Positions 18,970-28,790 of a DNA stretch of 64,000 nt are shown piece after piece. Numbering within the stretch: position 1 is the first letter of the stretch; every line of letters starts with the position of its first letter. The notes under the pieces are model-generated. The model had not been told where the DNA came from, did no database searches, and saw only the letters and a program-made list of their open reading frames with translations. The position numbers and the translations under genes are program-made. The stretch is from Planctomycetota bacterium. Lineage in GTDB: Bacteria > Planctomycetota > UBA1135 > UBA2386. The stretch is taken from NCBI GenBank assembly GCA_046290465.1, contig JBKAGP010000001.1:3680001-3744000 (forward strand), written 5' to 3'.

Positions 18970-21900
18970 GTCGACGCGCTGCGACGAGCGCGGCAGCGAC
19001 AGCTGCACGCACGTGCCACCGGCAGCGCCGGACGTGATCCAGAGGCGCCCGCCCATGGCTCGCAACGCCTGCCTGGACACCCACAGGCCGATGCCGTTCT
19101 GCGCCTCGCCGTTCTGCGGCTCGTTGTGCGCCTTGCCGCCGGGCAGGAACACGTAGTCCCAGTCCTCCGGTCGGATCCCCGACCCCTCGTCCTCGATCTG
19201 CATGCGCACGCTGTCGTCGTCGACGTCGACCAGGACACCGACGCGGCTGCCGTTGGCGGTGTACTTGAGCGCATTGCCGACGATGTTCTGGACGGCGCGG
19301 GCGAACCAGACCTCGTCGACCTCGGCGACCGCCACGCCCGGCTCTGGACCGCTGCAGACGAGTTCGATGTCGCGCTCGTCGGCGCGCGGACGCAGCGCGC
19401 TGACCACCCCGTCGACGATCGCGTGCACGTCGTGTGGCTTGCGCTCGACGAGGTCCGGCGAACGCATCTGGTCGACCGCCCGGATCAGGCTCTCGGTCGC
19501 CTGCGACAGGTCCTCGATCTTGGGATCGGGCGCGCGATCGCCCTGCAGCTGCGCGATCCCGAGACGCAACGCGGTCAAAGGACCGCGCAGATCGTGCAGT
19601 CCGGCCTCGAGCGACATGCCCGACCGCACGCAGTAGCTCTGCAGCCGCGTCACCCACGCGTGCCTCGACACCGCCGCGCGCACCGGCTCCATCGCGCGAC
19701 GCAGCCGCACCAGCGCTTGCTGCGACCAGCCATCGTCCTTGCGCAGGATCACGTGGAAGGACCACTCGTCGCCCGCGAACTCGACCGCGAGGTCGGTGCC
19801 GGCACCGTGCTCGTGCGCGCGCATGCCGGGGCCGACCAGGCGCCCCTGCGCCTCGGCCTCGTCGAGCCAACGACCGGCCTCGGCGCCGGCGACACCGCTG
19901 GCCGACAGCAGCGTGCGCGCCCCCCCGCGCAGGCACAGCCACACCGCACGGCTCGAGGTGCTCGAGGTGCTCGCGTCGGCCTCGATGGCGGCCAGCACCA
20001 GGAACGCGATGTCGAGCACGCCGTCGGAGTCCGGACCGAGCGACTCGGCCAGCTCGGCCGCTTCCCGGAAGCTCGGCTGTGGGCGATGGCGCCGGGCGAA
20101 GGCGGCGGTGGCGAAGGCGGCGGTGGCGAACGCGGCGAACGCCGACAACCCAAGGATCCACCACCCCCAGCTGATCCCCGGGAGCTGCACGCGGACGACG
20201 CCGAGATCGACCGACCGATACGCCTCCGTCGCCTCCCGGAAGCGCGCCAGGACGGTGTAGTCCCCACCGACCAGGGGTTCGAACGCGCCGTCGGCGCCCG
20301 CCAGCAGTTCGCCCGAGCCGTGCCTGCGAGCCACGATTTCGAACGGCACGGCCGTGTCGCGGGTGCGGTCGACGAGTTGCACCCCGACGCGGAACGAACG
20401 CCCGTTCACGATCGCAGGTGCAGCGTCACAGATCGCCTGCCGCACGCCCGGCCGGTCCGAGTCGACCAACCAGCTGCGCGCGATGCGGGCCCGCTCCGCC
20501 GACCGCAGGCTCGCCTTCGGCCGCAGCCGCGTGTAGCCGCCGTGGCCTCCGAACAGCAGCCCCCCGTCCGCGCAGTTGGCGGACGCCAGATAGGAGTAGC
20601 CCATCGGGTGCGCCCCCTGGCTGACGGTCAGACGCCGCGAGACCCCGCCCGCGAAGCTCGTCAACGACGCGGTCCTGGCGATCCAAAGGCCCCCGGCCGC
20701 GTCGACCGCGAGGGACCGGAACGGGCCGACGCCGCCGACGGACAATCGTTCGGCGCCACCATCGACGACGCGCCAGTAGTCGTGGATCGTCGCCAGGTGC
20801 GGGACGCCGGCCACCGCGACGAAGCCCAGCACGCTCTGGTCCATCGCTTCGTGCACGAAGCCGTCCCGCGCCGGAGCCAGCCGGAACAGACCGCCGCTGT
20901 AGGTCGCGAGCCACAGCTCGCCAGAGACCTTCGCGAAGCTCCGCGGCAGCGCCCCGACCTGCTCGTCCACCCTGCGCAACGGCAGGAACTCGACCGTGCC
21001 GTCCGGGTTCTCGCGCCAGACCTCGTTGTTGGTGCAGCCGTACAGGCTCCCTTCGTGATCCAGGACCTTCCGGCTCCCGCTGAGGGCGTCGCCGCCGACG
21101 CGGCTCCAGCGCTCTCGACCGAGGCGCCAGACACCGGTGCTGTAGGCCGACACGATCAGGCGCCCATTGGCGTCGCTGGTGATCGTGCTGATGATGCGCA
21201 GCCCGGCCGGCGCCGACACGGCGTGCCACTCTTCGGCGGAGTTCGACGCGCGACGCAGCAGCTGGCCCCGCGCGGTGCCGATCCACACCGCACCGTCGGG
21301 CGCCTCGTGGATCGCGCTGATCCGCTCGTCGTGGTCGAGCTGCCGGATCATGATGTTCTGCACGCCGTCGGTGATGCAGAGGCGCATCGCCCCGAGTTCG
21401 TGGCCGAGCCACAGCAAACCCTGCTTGTCGACCGCCAACGCCTGCGTCGAGATCTCGCGGATCCGCTCGCGATCGCGGAACAGCTGCACGCGGCGCACGG
21501 GTCCGCCGGGTCGCGCGAGCCAGTAGAGCCCGTCGATCGCGCGCAGCCACAGACCGCCGTGATGGGGCAGCACCTGCATGATCCGCAACCCTTCGGCCAG
21601 CCAGACGAAGTCGCCATCGCGGTCGACGCGCCCGACTCCCCCTGCGTTGCAGAAGATCAACGCGCCGTCGTGCTCGACCGCGTAGACGACGTGCATGTCG
21701 GCGACCTTGTGGATCGGCCCGACGTCGCCGACGCCGTACCACAGCTCGTTTTGGTCCCAGATCCAGCGGCCGTTCGCGCCGATCGCCATGCCGCGAACGG
21801 CTGCCCGACCGGGCAGGCCGTGCTCCTCGAACCGGCCGTGCGACAGCGAGTGCAGCACCCCGCCGTCCCCGCGCACCCACGGCACGCCGTCGACTCCGAC

Positions 21901-22254
21901 GTCGAGGTCGGTCACCCGCCACCCGGAGGTCCCGGACACACGACGCATCTCGCGGCCGCCGGGCGCAATCCGGTAGAGCCCGTCGATGAGGCCCACCAGC
22001 AGGCCGCCGTCGTCCGTCGCGGCCAGGTCCATGACGCGCTGCCGTTCACCGACGGCCTCGGGCAGGCTGATCTCGTGGATCTGCTGGCCGTCGTGCAACC
22101 ACAGACCTGCGGTGCCCCCGAGCCACAGCCGACCCGATGCATCCTCACAGATCGCCTTGACGCGAGAGTCGACGATCCCAGGCACAGGCACGACCTCGAT
22201 GGCGAGGTCCTGCGCAGGGATCACTACGGCCAGGCAGACCGCCGGCCAGAGCAT
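18919..22254 (-). CDS. Sensor histidine kinase with a large extracytoplasmic beta-propeller region
   Basis: Signal peptide, repeated (E/D)..G.LW.G blades and one TM; H box HDLRGPL, N box NIVGNALKYT, EDEGSGI and GIGL. Confidence 0.88.
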   Translation of the reverse strand: MLWPAVCLAVVIPAQDLAIEVVPVPGIVDSRVKAICEDASGRLWLGGTAGLWLHDGQQIHEISLPEAVGERQRVMDLAATDDGGLLVGLIDGLYRIAPGGREMRRVSGTSGWRVTDLDVGVDGVPWVRGDGGVLHSLSHGRFEEHGLPGRAAVRGMAIGANGRWIWDQNELWYGVGDVGPIHKVADMHVVYAVEHDGALIFCNAGGVGRVDRDGDFVWLAEGLRIMQVLPHHGGLWLRAIDGLYWLARPGGPVRRVQLFRDRERIREISTQALAVDKQGLLWLGHELGAMRLCITDGVQNIMIRQLDHDERISAIHEAPDGAVWIGTARGQLLRRASNSAEEWHAVSAPAGLRIISTITSDANGRLIVSAYSTGVWRLGRERWSRVGGDALSGSRKVLDHEGSLYGCTNNEVWRENPDGTVEFLPLRRVDEQVGALPRSFAKVSGELWLATYSGGLFRLAPARDGFVHEAMDQSVLGFVAVAGVPHLATIHDYWRVVDGGAERLSVGGVGPFRSLAVDAAGGLWIARTASLTSFAGGVSRRLTVSQGAHPMGYSYLASANCADGGLLFGGHGGYTRLRPKASLRSAERARIARSWLVDSDRPGVRQAICDAAPAIVNGRSFRVGVQLVDRTRDTAVPFEIVARRHGSGELLAGADGAFEPLVGGDYTVLARFREATEAYRSVDLGVVRVQLPGISWGWWILGLSAFAAFATAAFATAAFARRHRPQPSFREAAELAESLGPDSDGVLDIAFLVLAAIEADASTSSTSSRAVWLCLRGGARTLLSASGVAGAEAGRWLDEAEAQGRLVGPGMRAHEHGAGTDLAVEFAGDEWSFHVILRKDDGWSQQALVRLRRAMEPVRAAVSRHAWVTRLQSYCVRSGMSLEAGLHDLRGPLTALRLGIAQLQGDRAPDPKIEDLSQATESLIRAVDQMRSPDLVERKPHDVHAIVDGVVSALRPRADERDIELVCSGPEPGVAVAEVDEVWFARAVQNIVGNALKYTANGSRVGVLVDVDDDSVRMQIEDEGSGIRPEDWDYVFLPGGKAHNEPQNGEAQNGIGLWVSRQALRAMGGRLWITSGAAGGTCVQLSLPRSSQRVDSAAADVAHRAARKSRA

Positions 22255-22395
22255 GGGAAGCGAGTGCAAGGATGAGACGTGCAGGGTCAGCCAGCGGAGC
22301 GCCAGCGACACCGTGAGCAGCGGCGTCTCAGAACGCCCCACTTTCCAACCGCGTAGACTATTGCCGTTCCGGCACGCCACAAGTAGCAAAATGCG

Positions 22396-22482
22396 CTAGC
22401 GGGCAAAGCCCCGTCCGCACGCTTACACGCCGCTTTCGCGATCACGGTTGGCAGCGCGTCCACTACATGGACGCGCTCCTAG
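22396..22482. repeat. 87-bp CTAG-bounded palindromic interspersed element, copy 1
   Basis: Near-identical to 42008-42094 and to the reverse complement of 52720-52806. Confidence 0.92.
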
Positions 22483-22509
22483 GGACGCCCCAGCTGGAAC
22501 GCACCCGGA

Positions 22510-23961
22510 CTACCGGATCGGGATGCGGGTGCGCGGAGCGACCTGCGCGCGCCAGTTACGGATGTCCTCGAAGGCGGAGCGCAGCTCCAACAGATTGCGG
22601 GCAACGCGGTTCACGATGGCTTGGTGCTCCATATCGATCAGGTCGTCCACCGGATCGAGCAGCTGCTGCACCAGCTCGGTGGCCTTCGTGATCGCCCTGC
22701 CGCGCAGGTGCTCGTAGGTCGGCATCGCGTGGATCAGCTGGCTCTTCAGCATCGCCTGATCGGCCCACTCGACCAGCAGGTCAGGCTGGAGGCGTGTGCG
22801 CATCGACAGCTCGATCAGGTCCGCAGAGGCCAGCGAGTGCACGTCGTCGATGCCCTCCTCCTGCAGCCGCGCTTCGTTCCAGAGGCTGAGGCCGTCGAGC
22901 TTGCTGAGGCTCGCGTCGGCCTTCGACTGCCCGCCACCGCGCTGCGTGAGGCGATAGTAGAGCGAGGTCAGCAGGTGCAGGAGATGGTTGGGGAAGACCC
23001 CGACCAACAGCGCCGTCGCCAAGGTCCCGAACGGCGCCGAGGTGCCGAGCTCATCGAAGTCGAGGAACACCAGGACGACCGAACCGAGCATGGCGAACAC
23101 CAACTGCTTGGTCGCCGCCATGCACGCCTGGACGTTGAGGTCGTGCCGGATCCACCGGGTGACCATGGTCACCAGGATGTAGATGTAGGCGCCGATGAAG
23201 GCTGCGTTGAACAGCGTCGGCTGCGGTCGCAGCGGCGAGCGCTCCAGAGCCTGACCGAGCGGCGGGTACACCAGCGTCCAGCCGATCGCCATCAACATGA
23301 CCATCGCGATCAGGTGCACGAGCATCGGCCTCGGCATCGCCCGCAGCACGCCGTGTTGCGGATCCTCGGCGAGGCTGTCCGACTGTTCGGCCGTGCCTGC
23401 AAAGACGTCCCCGATCAGTTTGGAGCGGTTGGGCAGGGTTCCGTGGATCGCCTCGAACTGCTGCAGGTACGACTCCATGCGTCGCTTGCTGGCACGCAGC
23501 ATCATCGGCGTCGTGATCAGCTGGAATCGCCGGAACGCGACGATGAGTTCGTTGAGCGCACTGCGCCTACGGGTCGCTGCCGACGAGTAGTACAGCACCC
23601 CGGGCAAGGCGGTCAGCGAACAGGCGAACAGCGCCCGCAGGAACATCTGCGACCACGCTCCCTGCACGAGCGGTGGCACCTGCACCAGCAGGAGCAAGAT
23701 CGGCACCGCCCCGAGACAGGTCACCAGGACGAGGTTCTGTGCGTCTGCGGACAGGCTGAGCAGCCACGCCCGGATGTCGCTCGCGAACGCCGCGCCGAGC
23801 AGCACGATCGCCGCCAGCACGAGCAGCAACCACTGCTCGCGCAGGTCCAGCGGATCGACCTCGACCGCCAACGCGTAGATGCCGGCACACAGGACGAGCA
23901 GCACCAGCCCCCACACCAGCAGGCGGGGCCACACCAGCACGGATGGCGCGCCGACCGTCAT
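22510..23961 (-). CDS. Multi-pass membrane protein with a C-terminal helix-hairpin-helix-like domain
   Basis: About 8 hydrophobic segments; LSKLDGLSLWNEARLQEEGIDDVHSLA. Confidence 0.8.
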   Translation of the reverse strand: MTVGAPSVLVWPRLLVWGLVLLVLCAGIYALAVEVDPLDLREQWLLLVLAAIVLLGAAFASDIRAWLLSLSADAQNLVLVTCLGAVPILLLLVQVPPLVQGAWSQMFLRALFACSLTALPGVLYYSSAATRRRSALNELIVAFRRFQLITTPMMLRASKRRMESYLQQFEAIHGTLPNRSKLIGDVFAGTAEQSDSLAEDPQHGVLRAMPRPMLVHLIAMVMLMAIGWTLVYPPLGQALERSPLRPQPTLFNAAFIGAYIYILVTMVTRWIRHDLNVQACMAATKQLVFAMLGSVVLVFLDFDELGTSAPFGTLATALLVGVFPNHLLHLLTSLYYRLTQRGGGQSKADASLSKLDGLSLWNEARLQEEGIDDVHSLASADLIELSMRTRLQPDLLVEWADQAMLKSQLIHAMPTYEHLRGRAITKATELVQQLLDPVDDLIDMEHQAIVNRVARNLLELRSAFEDIRNWRAQVAPRTRIPIR

Positions 23962-25013
23962 GTCGTCTCCGTGAGCGTGACGTTGCGGATGCCGAACTGC
24001 TGACAGCGCAGCCCTTCGATCTGGACGCCGAAGTGGGGAGCCGTCTTGCGCTCCGCACGGAACGTCCAGAGCTTGCTGTCGACCTGGACTTCGATCGCAA
24101 GCAGGAAGCCGTCTCGGGCGGGCTCCACCTCACAAGCCACGCATAGCTTGTGCCACCCCTGCCCGCGAACGAACGCGTCGCCGTGGAAGACCACGCTGGC
24201 GCGCCCCTGATCGTCCGTCGGGTGTCCGCACGTCGACGTCAGGGACTCCGCGTTGATCGCTTGCACGAGGGAGGACGACGGGTTCCGTGGGTCGAGCGGC
24301 AGCAGCAGACGGAACGGGCCAAGGTTCAGCGCCATGGCTCCGTCGTCGAAGCGGCTGTACTCCAGCGCTACCTCGAACCGCCCCCGGACCCACTCGCGCC
24401 CCCACTTCACGAGCAGGAGGCTCGAGGAGCGGTAGTCGTCGAGGCCCTCAGCCTTCTTCATGCCGGCGCCTGCGCGGATCTCGCCGAGCTCGTTGACCCC
24501 GAACACCGTCTTGTTCCCGCCCGTGCGCTTCAGGGCGCGCAGGCCGTCGCGGTCCCGGAGCACGTTCTGGACGCGCAGGAGCAGCTCGCGAGACACGTCC
24601 CGAACCACGGGATCGGAGCGGGGCGCTCGCGCCCTCGGCATCGGAGCTGGCGACACCGGCTGCTCGGACTCGGACGATGCGTCGACCTGCGCCTCACCCG
24701 TCAGGCGGATCCGTTCGGAGTAGTCGCCGGCCTCGATGAGCAGTTCGAGGTCCCCGCTGCCGAGCCGGGCGAAGTAGCTGGCGCGCAGCAGGATGAAGTC
24801 CGGTTGGAGCAGGAGGTGCGCAGACGGAACGCGGCGTCCGTTGACGCGCACGTCCGCGTCGTTGCCTGCGGCGTCAAGACCCTGAACGGGGATCCGGTAG
24901 GGCTTCGAGCGGCCATGCGCCGACAAGGCCACCCGGCCCGAGAAGTGAGGACCGAGGAGCATCCAGGCGAACACACCGCAGACCAGCACCAGGACCAGGC
25001 AGCGCACCATCAC
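23958..25013 (-). CDS. Hypothetical membrane-anchored or exported beta-rich protein
   Basis: N-terminal hydrophobic segment; start/stop overlaps with both neighbours. Confidence 0.65.
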   Translation of the reverse strand: MMVRCLVLVLVCGVFAWMLLGPHFSGRVALSAHGRSKPYRIPVQGLDAAGNDADVRVNGRRVPSAHLLLQPDFILLRASYFARLGSGDLELLIEAGDYSERIRLTGEAQVDASSESEQPVSPAPMPRARAPRSDPVVRDVSRELLLRVQNVLRDRDGLRALKRTGGNKTVFGVNELGEIRAGAGMKKAEGLDDYRSSSLLLVKWGREWVRGRFEVALEYSRFDDGAMALNLGPFRLLLPLDPRNPSSSLVQAINAESLTSTCGHPTDDQGRASVVFHGDAFVRGQGWHKLCVACEVEPARDGFLLAIEVQVDSKLWTFRAERKTAPHFGVQIEGLRCQQFGIRNVTLTETT

Positions 25014-25549
25014 TCGACCTCCTCGCGCAGGTTATGGCGGATCGCCACCAGCCGGTCCTCGAACCAGCTCTCGAGGTCTGCGAGTCCGCCGAGGTCGACG
25101 TACGGCCGGTGGCACCCGGGGCAGATGGAGCCCGGCTCCAGCGGATGCCCGCAGGGGCACGCGTCGGCCAGCAGTTCGCCGCACTCGACGCAGGGTTGGC
25201 GGCCGGCATGAGCGACCCGGGTGAAGCGGGGGCGGAGCAGGAAGCGCGGAGTCCGGAGTGGCGTCTGGCTGAAGCAACCCGGCACGAGGCACCCCTTCAC
25301 GACCTTGCGTTCCGCCTGCCGCCGGGCGCGGACCTCGTTGTCGTCGGGGTAGTCGTCGGCGTCGATGCCGAACCGACGACAGATCGCGGCAACGGCATCG
25401 GCGGACAGCGCCGCACCGTCGCCGTTCTCCCACATGGAGATCGCCGACTGCGTCTTGCCGACGAGGTCGCCGAGCTCCGCCTGCTTCATCCGCGCCGCCA
25501 GACGGCGGGAACGGACCTCGTTCTGCAGTGGGGTGGGAGCGTGGCGCAT
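25010..25549 (-). CDS. XRE-family HTH regulator with C-terminal zinc ribbons
   Basis: MKQAELGDLVGKTQSAISMWENG; CLVPGC, CVEC, CPCG and CPGC. Confidence 0.82.
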   Translation of the reverse strand: MRHAPTPLQNEVRSRRLAARMKQAELGDLVGKTQSAISMWENGDGAALSADAVAAICRRFGIDADDYPDDNEVRARRQAERKVVKGCLVPGCFSQTPLRTPRFLLRPRFTRVAHAGRQPCVECGELLADACPCGHPLEPGSICPGCHRPYVDLGGLADLESWFEDRLVAIRHNLREEVE

Positions 25550-25617
25550 GGGGACGCGAGGGAGGGAGAGGGGGCCCCACAGTGTGCCACCGAGATTTGG
25601 TATCAACCACCCCTAAC

Positions 25618-25646
25618 GACGTTGCCATCGCCGGCTCTGCAACGTC
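25618..25646. promoter_or_regulatory. Candidate operator, GACGTTGC-N13-GCAACGTC
   Basis: Perfect 8-bp inverted repeat about 70 bp upstream of the XRE gene. Confidence 0.4.
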
Positions 25647-25740
25647 ACTGATACGCTATCAACGGATCACCACGGGCTCACCATACTCGGGCGGAGCACG
25701 GTGCCGGCCGCGCGCGAACGGCAGCGCTCCCGGCAGCCCG

Positions 25741-27432
25741 CTACGCCGCCTGGATCTCGCGCAGCACGGCCCGCACCAGCTGCGGGTCGGCACCGAGTTG
25801 CTCCGCGCGACGAGCCTGCTCCTCCGCCTGTTCGCGCTCGCCTCGCAGCGCCGACGACTGCGCCAGGTGCAGCAGCGTCGAGGTGTCGTCGGGAGCCAGC
25901 TCGTTGGCGCGCCGCAGGTGGCGGTCGCCGGCTTCGACGTCGCCCTGCTGCAACAGCACGATCCCGAGGCGGTTGTGCGCCTCGGCGCAGGCGTCGTGGT
26001 AGCGCACGGCGCGGCGCAGCAGGCGGGCGGCACGGCGCAGCTTGCCGAGCTTGTGCTGCACGATGCCGAACATCAGCCAGGCCTCGGCGACCGGACCGAC
26101 ACGGCGCACGAGCACGCGCACGGCGCCGAGCGCCGCGCCGAGATCGTCGGCAGCGATGGCCTTCTCGACCTGCTGCGTGCCGGTCCACAGACCCGGCACC
26201 AGCGACAGGCGCAGCAACCGGCGCGCCTGCGGCAGCAGCGCCGCGGACACCCCGAGATCGATGGCGCGCTGCAGCGCCGTCGACGCGCGCACCGTGTCGT
26301 CGAGCAGCAGGCACGCGCGGCCGAGCTCGTAGTGCAGCATCGACTCGTCCGGTGACTTCTGCAGGGCCCGTTCGACGACGGTCCGGGCCAGCGTCGGCTG
26401 GTCCTCCTCGAGCAAGAACGTCACCACGAGCCGCGCGACCGGCACCGGCAGGTCGTCCTCGCCGACCAGCTCCTCGACCAGCGCGGTCCGACCGGCGACG
26501 TCGCCGACGCGGTCGAGGCTGGCCGCCAGCTGCGCGATCAGCTTGGGCGTGATCGATCCGGCTGCGCGCGCCGCGTCGACGACCGTGCGCACGCCGGCGT
26601 CGTCGCCGACCTGGAACGCCATCGCGGCTGCGCGTTCGCCGAGCTCGCGGTCGTCCGGACACAGGCCGAACGCACGCACGACCATCGCCGCCGCGCCGCG
26701 CTGGTCGCCGGCCGCAAACGTCAGGCCCGCGAGGCGGTCGAGCTGCCGGCCGTCGACCACGGACGGCGCCAGCGCGTTGGCCACCGGCGCGACCTGGTCG
26801 CGGTGCTGGCCGCGGCGCAGCAACAGCGCCAGGAAGTCCGCCACCAGCTGCTGCACCTCGACGTCGTCGCCGGCCAGCTCGACGCATCGCTGCGCCGCGC
26901 GGAGCGGCTGCGTCGACGCCTCCGGCAGGTTGGCTTCGTGGCGCAGTAGTTCGTCCTTGAGCACCAGGAACCAGCCGAGCGCTTCGCCGGCGAGCGCCGG
27001 CGCCGCTTCGACCTTGCCGGTCCAACCGAGCAGACCGACCAGCTCGAACGTCAGCCGCGGCAACACGGCCATCGGGTCGAGTGGATCGAACGGCAGCTCG
27101 ACCTTGAGGCGTTCGTTGCCGGCGCCGTCGTGCACGCGCCAGACCAGCTGGTCCTGCCGCACCAGACCGTCGACGAGCAGTTCGACGTCGCCCTGCTTGT
27201 GCAGCTCGGCGAGCGCCTTGGGCTCGAGCGGGTGACGCAGCCGCAGGAAGCCGCGCGCACCGTCGACCGGACCGAGGAACGGGAAGAACCGCACGCCGCG
27301 GTCGCCGCCGTCGTTGAGCTGGCCGACGAGGATGCGCGGGATCTGCCGTGCGAGCACGTCGAACGGCGCTGCGCCGACGACCGGCGTCAGGCCGTCCTCG
27401 ACGGCGTAGGCGAACACGACAGCTCTCGGCAT
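25741..27432 (-). CDS. TPR-repeat protein
   Basis: C-terminal TPRs (AEAWLMFG, AEAHNRLG, APDD). Confidence 0.8.
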   Translation of the reverse strand: MPRAVVFAYAVEDGLTPVVGAAPFDVLARQIPRILVGQLNDGGDRGVRFFPFLGPVDGARGFLRLRHPLEPKALAELHKQGDVELLVDGLVRQDQLVWRVHDGAGNERLKVELPFDPLDPMAVLPRLTFELVGLLGWTGKVEAAPALAGEALGWFLVLKDELLRHEANLPEASTQPLRAAQRCVELAGDDVEVQQLVADFLALLLRRGQHRDQVAPVANALAPSVVDGRQLDRLAGLTFAAGDQRGAAAMVVRAFGLCPDDRELGERAAAMAFQVGDDAGVRTVVDAARAAGSITPKLIAQLAASLDRVGDVAGRTALVEELVGEDDLPVPVARLVVTFLLEEDQPTLARTVVERALQKSPDESMLHYELGRACLLLDDTVRASTALQRAIDLGVSAALLPQARRLLRLSLVPGLWTGTQQVEKAIAADDLGAALGAVRVLVRRVGPVAEAWLMFGIVQHKLGKLRRAARLLRRAVRYHDACAEAHNRLGIVLLQQGDVEAGDRHLRRANELAPDDTSTLLHLAQSSALRGEREQAEEQARRAEQLGADPQLVRAVLREIQAA

Positions 27433-27502
27433 ACGCGCTGTCTATCGAGCGGTGGCGCTGCCGAGCTTCGACCGGACACGCACGGCCGATGCCATCGCGA
27501 GG

Positions 27503-27895
27503 TCAGCGGCGGGTCGACGGAGGCGGCACCACGAACGTCTCGGCAGCACCGTCGGCGGCGTCGTCGTCGACCAGCACGACGCGCACCTCGTCAGCGACGT
27601 CACCGGCGCGCATCGAGCCGAGCCACAGCTCCATGCCGGCGGCGTCCGCGACCTTGCGCTTGTTGCAGCCGGCCAGCACGCGGCCGTGCACGACGCGGAC
27701 CAAGCGGCCGTCGTGCTCGCGTTCTTCGATCTGCACCCGGCCGATCAGCTTGGATCCGAGCCGCGACTCGACCGCCGCGGCGTAAGGAGAACGGTCGCGT
27801 TCCGTGGTCACCTCGGCCAGGTGCTTCATCATCAGGCACATCAGAATCAGGCCGGCGGCACCGATACCGAGGATCGACGGGATGGACTTGGACAC
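27503..27895 (-). CDS. Hypothetical membrane-anchored protein
   Basis: GAGGAGG RBS before a GTG start; N-terminal TM. Confidence 0.65.
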   Translation of the reverse strand: MSKSIPSILGIGAAGLILMCLMMKHLAEVTTERDRSPYAAAVESRLGSKLIGRVQIEEREHDGRLVRVVHGRVLAGCNKRKVADAAGMELWLGSMRAGDVADEVRVVLVDDDAADGAAETFVVPPPSTRR

Positions 27896-28058
27896 GACCT
27901 CCTCCTCATCGGCCGCAGCGCGCCAGAACTGTGGTCCCTGCCGTTGGGACAAGGTGGCGCAAGAAACCGCAACAGGCCATTGCCTTGCGCATTCGCAGGG
28001 GTAAGCATCGGCCTCGTTCCAAGGGCCGCTCCCCTCTCAACCGACAAAGCCAACAGCC

Positions 28059-28376
28059 ATGGGCAAGATCGTTCGATGCCGCGAGTGCGGCAAGGTCTAC
28101 CGCGACGTCGAGGAGCTCGAAGACCTCCGCGACAACGACAGCGTGTGCCTCGTCTGCAACAGCACGATCGAGGTTGCCGACTGGGACCGCGTGCTCGCGT
28201 CCTACGAGGACGACGAGGACGACGGCGACGTCGACGACGATGATTGGGACGACGAGGACGACATCGAGGCCGACGGCGACGAAGACGATGACGACCTCGG
28301 GGACGACGACGACTTCGAGGACCTCGACGACGACGACGACGACGAGGGTGACGACGACGACGACGAGCGGGACTAG
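28059..28376 (+). CDS. Small zinc-ribbon protein with a hyperacidic tail
   Basis: CRECG...CLVC followed by a tail of about 55 aa that is mostly Asp/Glu. Confidence 0.8.
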   Translation: MGKIVRCRECGKVYRDVEELEDLRDNDSVCLVCNSTIEVADWDRVLASYEDDEDDGDVDDDDWDDEDDIEADGDEDDDDLGDDDDFEDLDDDDDDEGDDDDDERD

Positions 28377-28523
28377 ACCCCGGCCGGCGGGCTCCCTGCC
28401 CGCCTGGTGACCTTCCGGGCGGCCGACGATGCCGGGCCTCCCTGGCCGACCTGTCGTGCCGGCCGCCGCCGCCAGCCCTGCTGCCGGCCTCCCCCGCTGA
28501 GCGAGCCGCTGGGTTGGCCCACC

Positions 28524-28601
28524 GAGTTCTCCCGCTGGGTTCTCCCGCTGGGTTCTCCCGCTGGGTTCTCCCGCTGGGTTCTCCCGCTGGGTTCTCCCGC
28601 T
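28524..28601. repeat. 13-bp tandem repeat x6 (gggttctcccgct)
   Basis: Five perfect copies and one copy with a single mismatch; no spacers. Confidence 0.95.
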
Positions 28602-28736
28602 GGTCGCCCTGCCGCGCCAACTTGGCAGGACCCCGCGCCGCGCCGACCGCCATTTTGGCACCCGCGGCGCCCGAGCCGAGACCACAGCCGCTCCGTATCC
28701 GCAACCTGCAAAACGGCTTAGCTCGATGGAGCCGAC

Positions 28737-28753
28737 TCGGCACATCGCTTGCT
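28737..28753 (+). promoter_or_regulatory. sigma54-type -24/-12 promoter
   Basis: CGGCACATCGCTTGCT, a GG-N10-GC arrangement, about 40 bp before the receiver gene ATG. Confidence 0.5.
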
Positions 28754-28790
28754 TTGCTCCGGAGCCGCATTCTGTCGGCACCCGATTCCG

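Noticed and set aside
20095..20140. 15-bp in-frame duplication (AFATA) in the kinase TM helix; similar duplication near 38418-38447
   Set aside because: Small in-frame slippage events with no evident functional consequence.
28524..28601. Possible CRISPR array
   Set aside because: Contiguous 13-bp units with no spacers, and no cas genes in the window.
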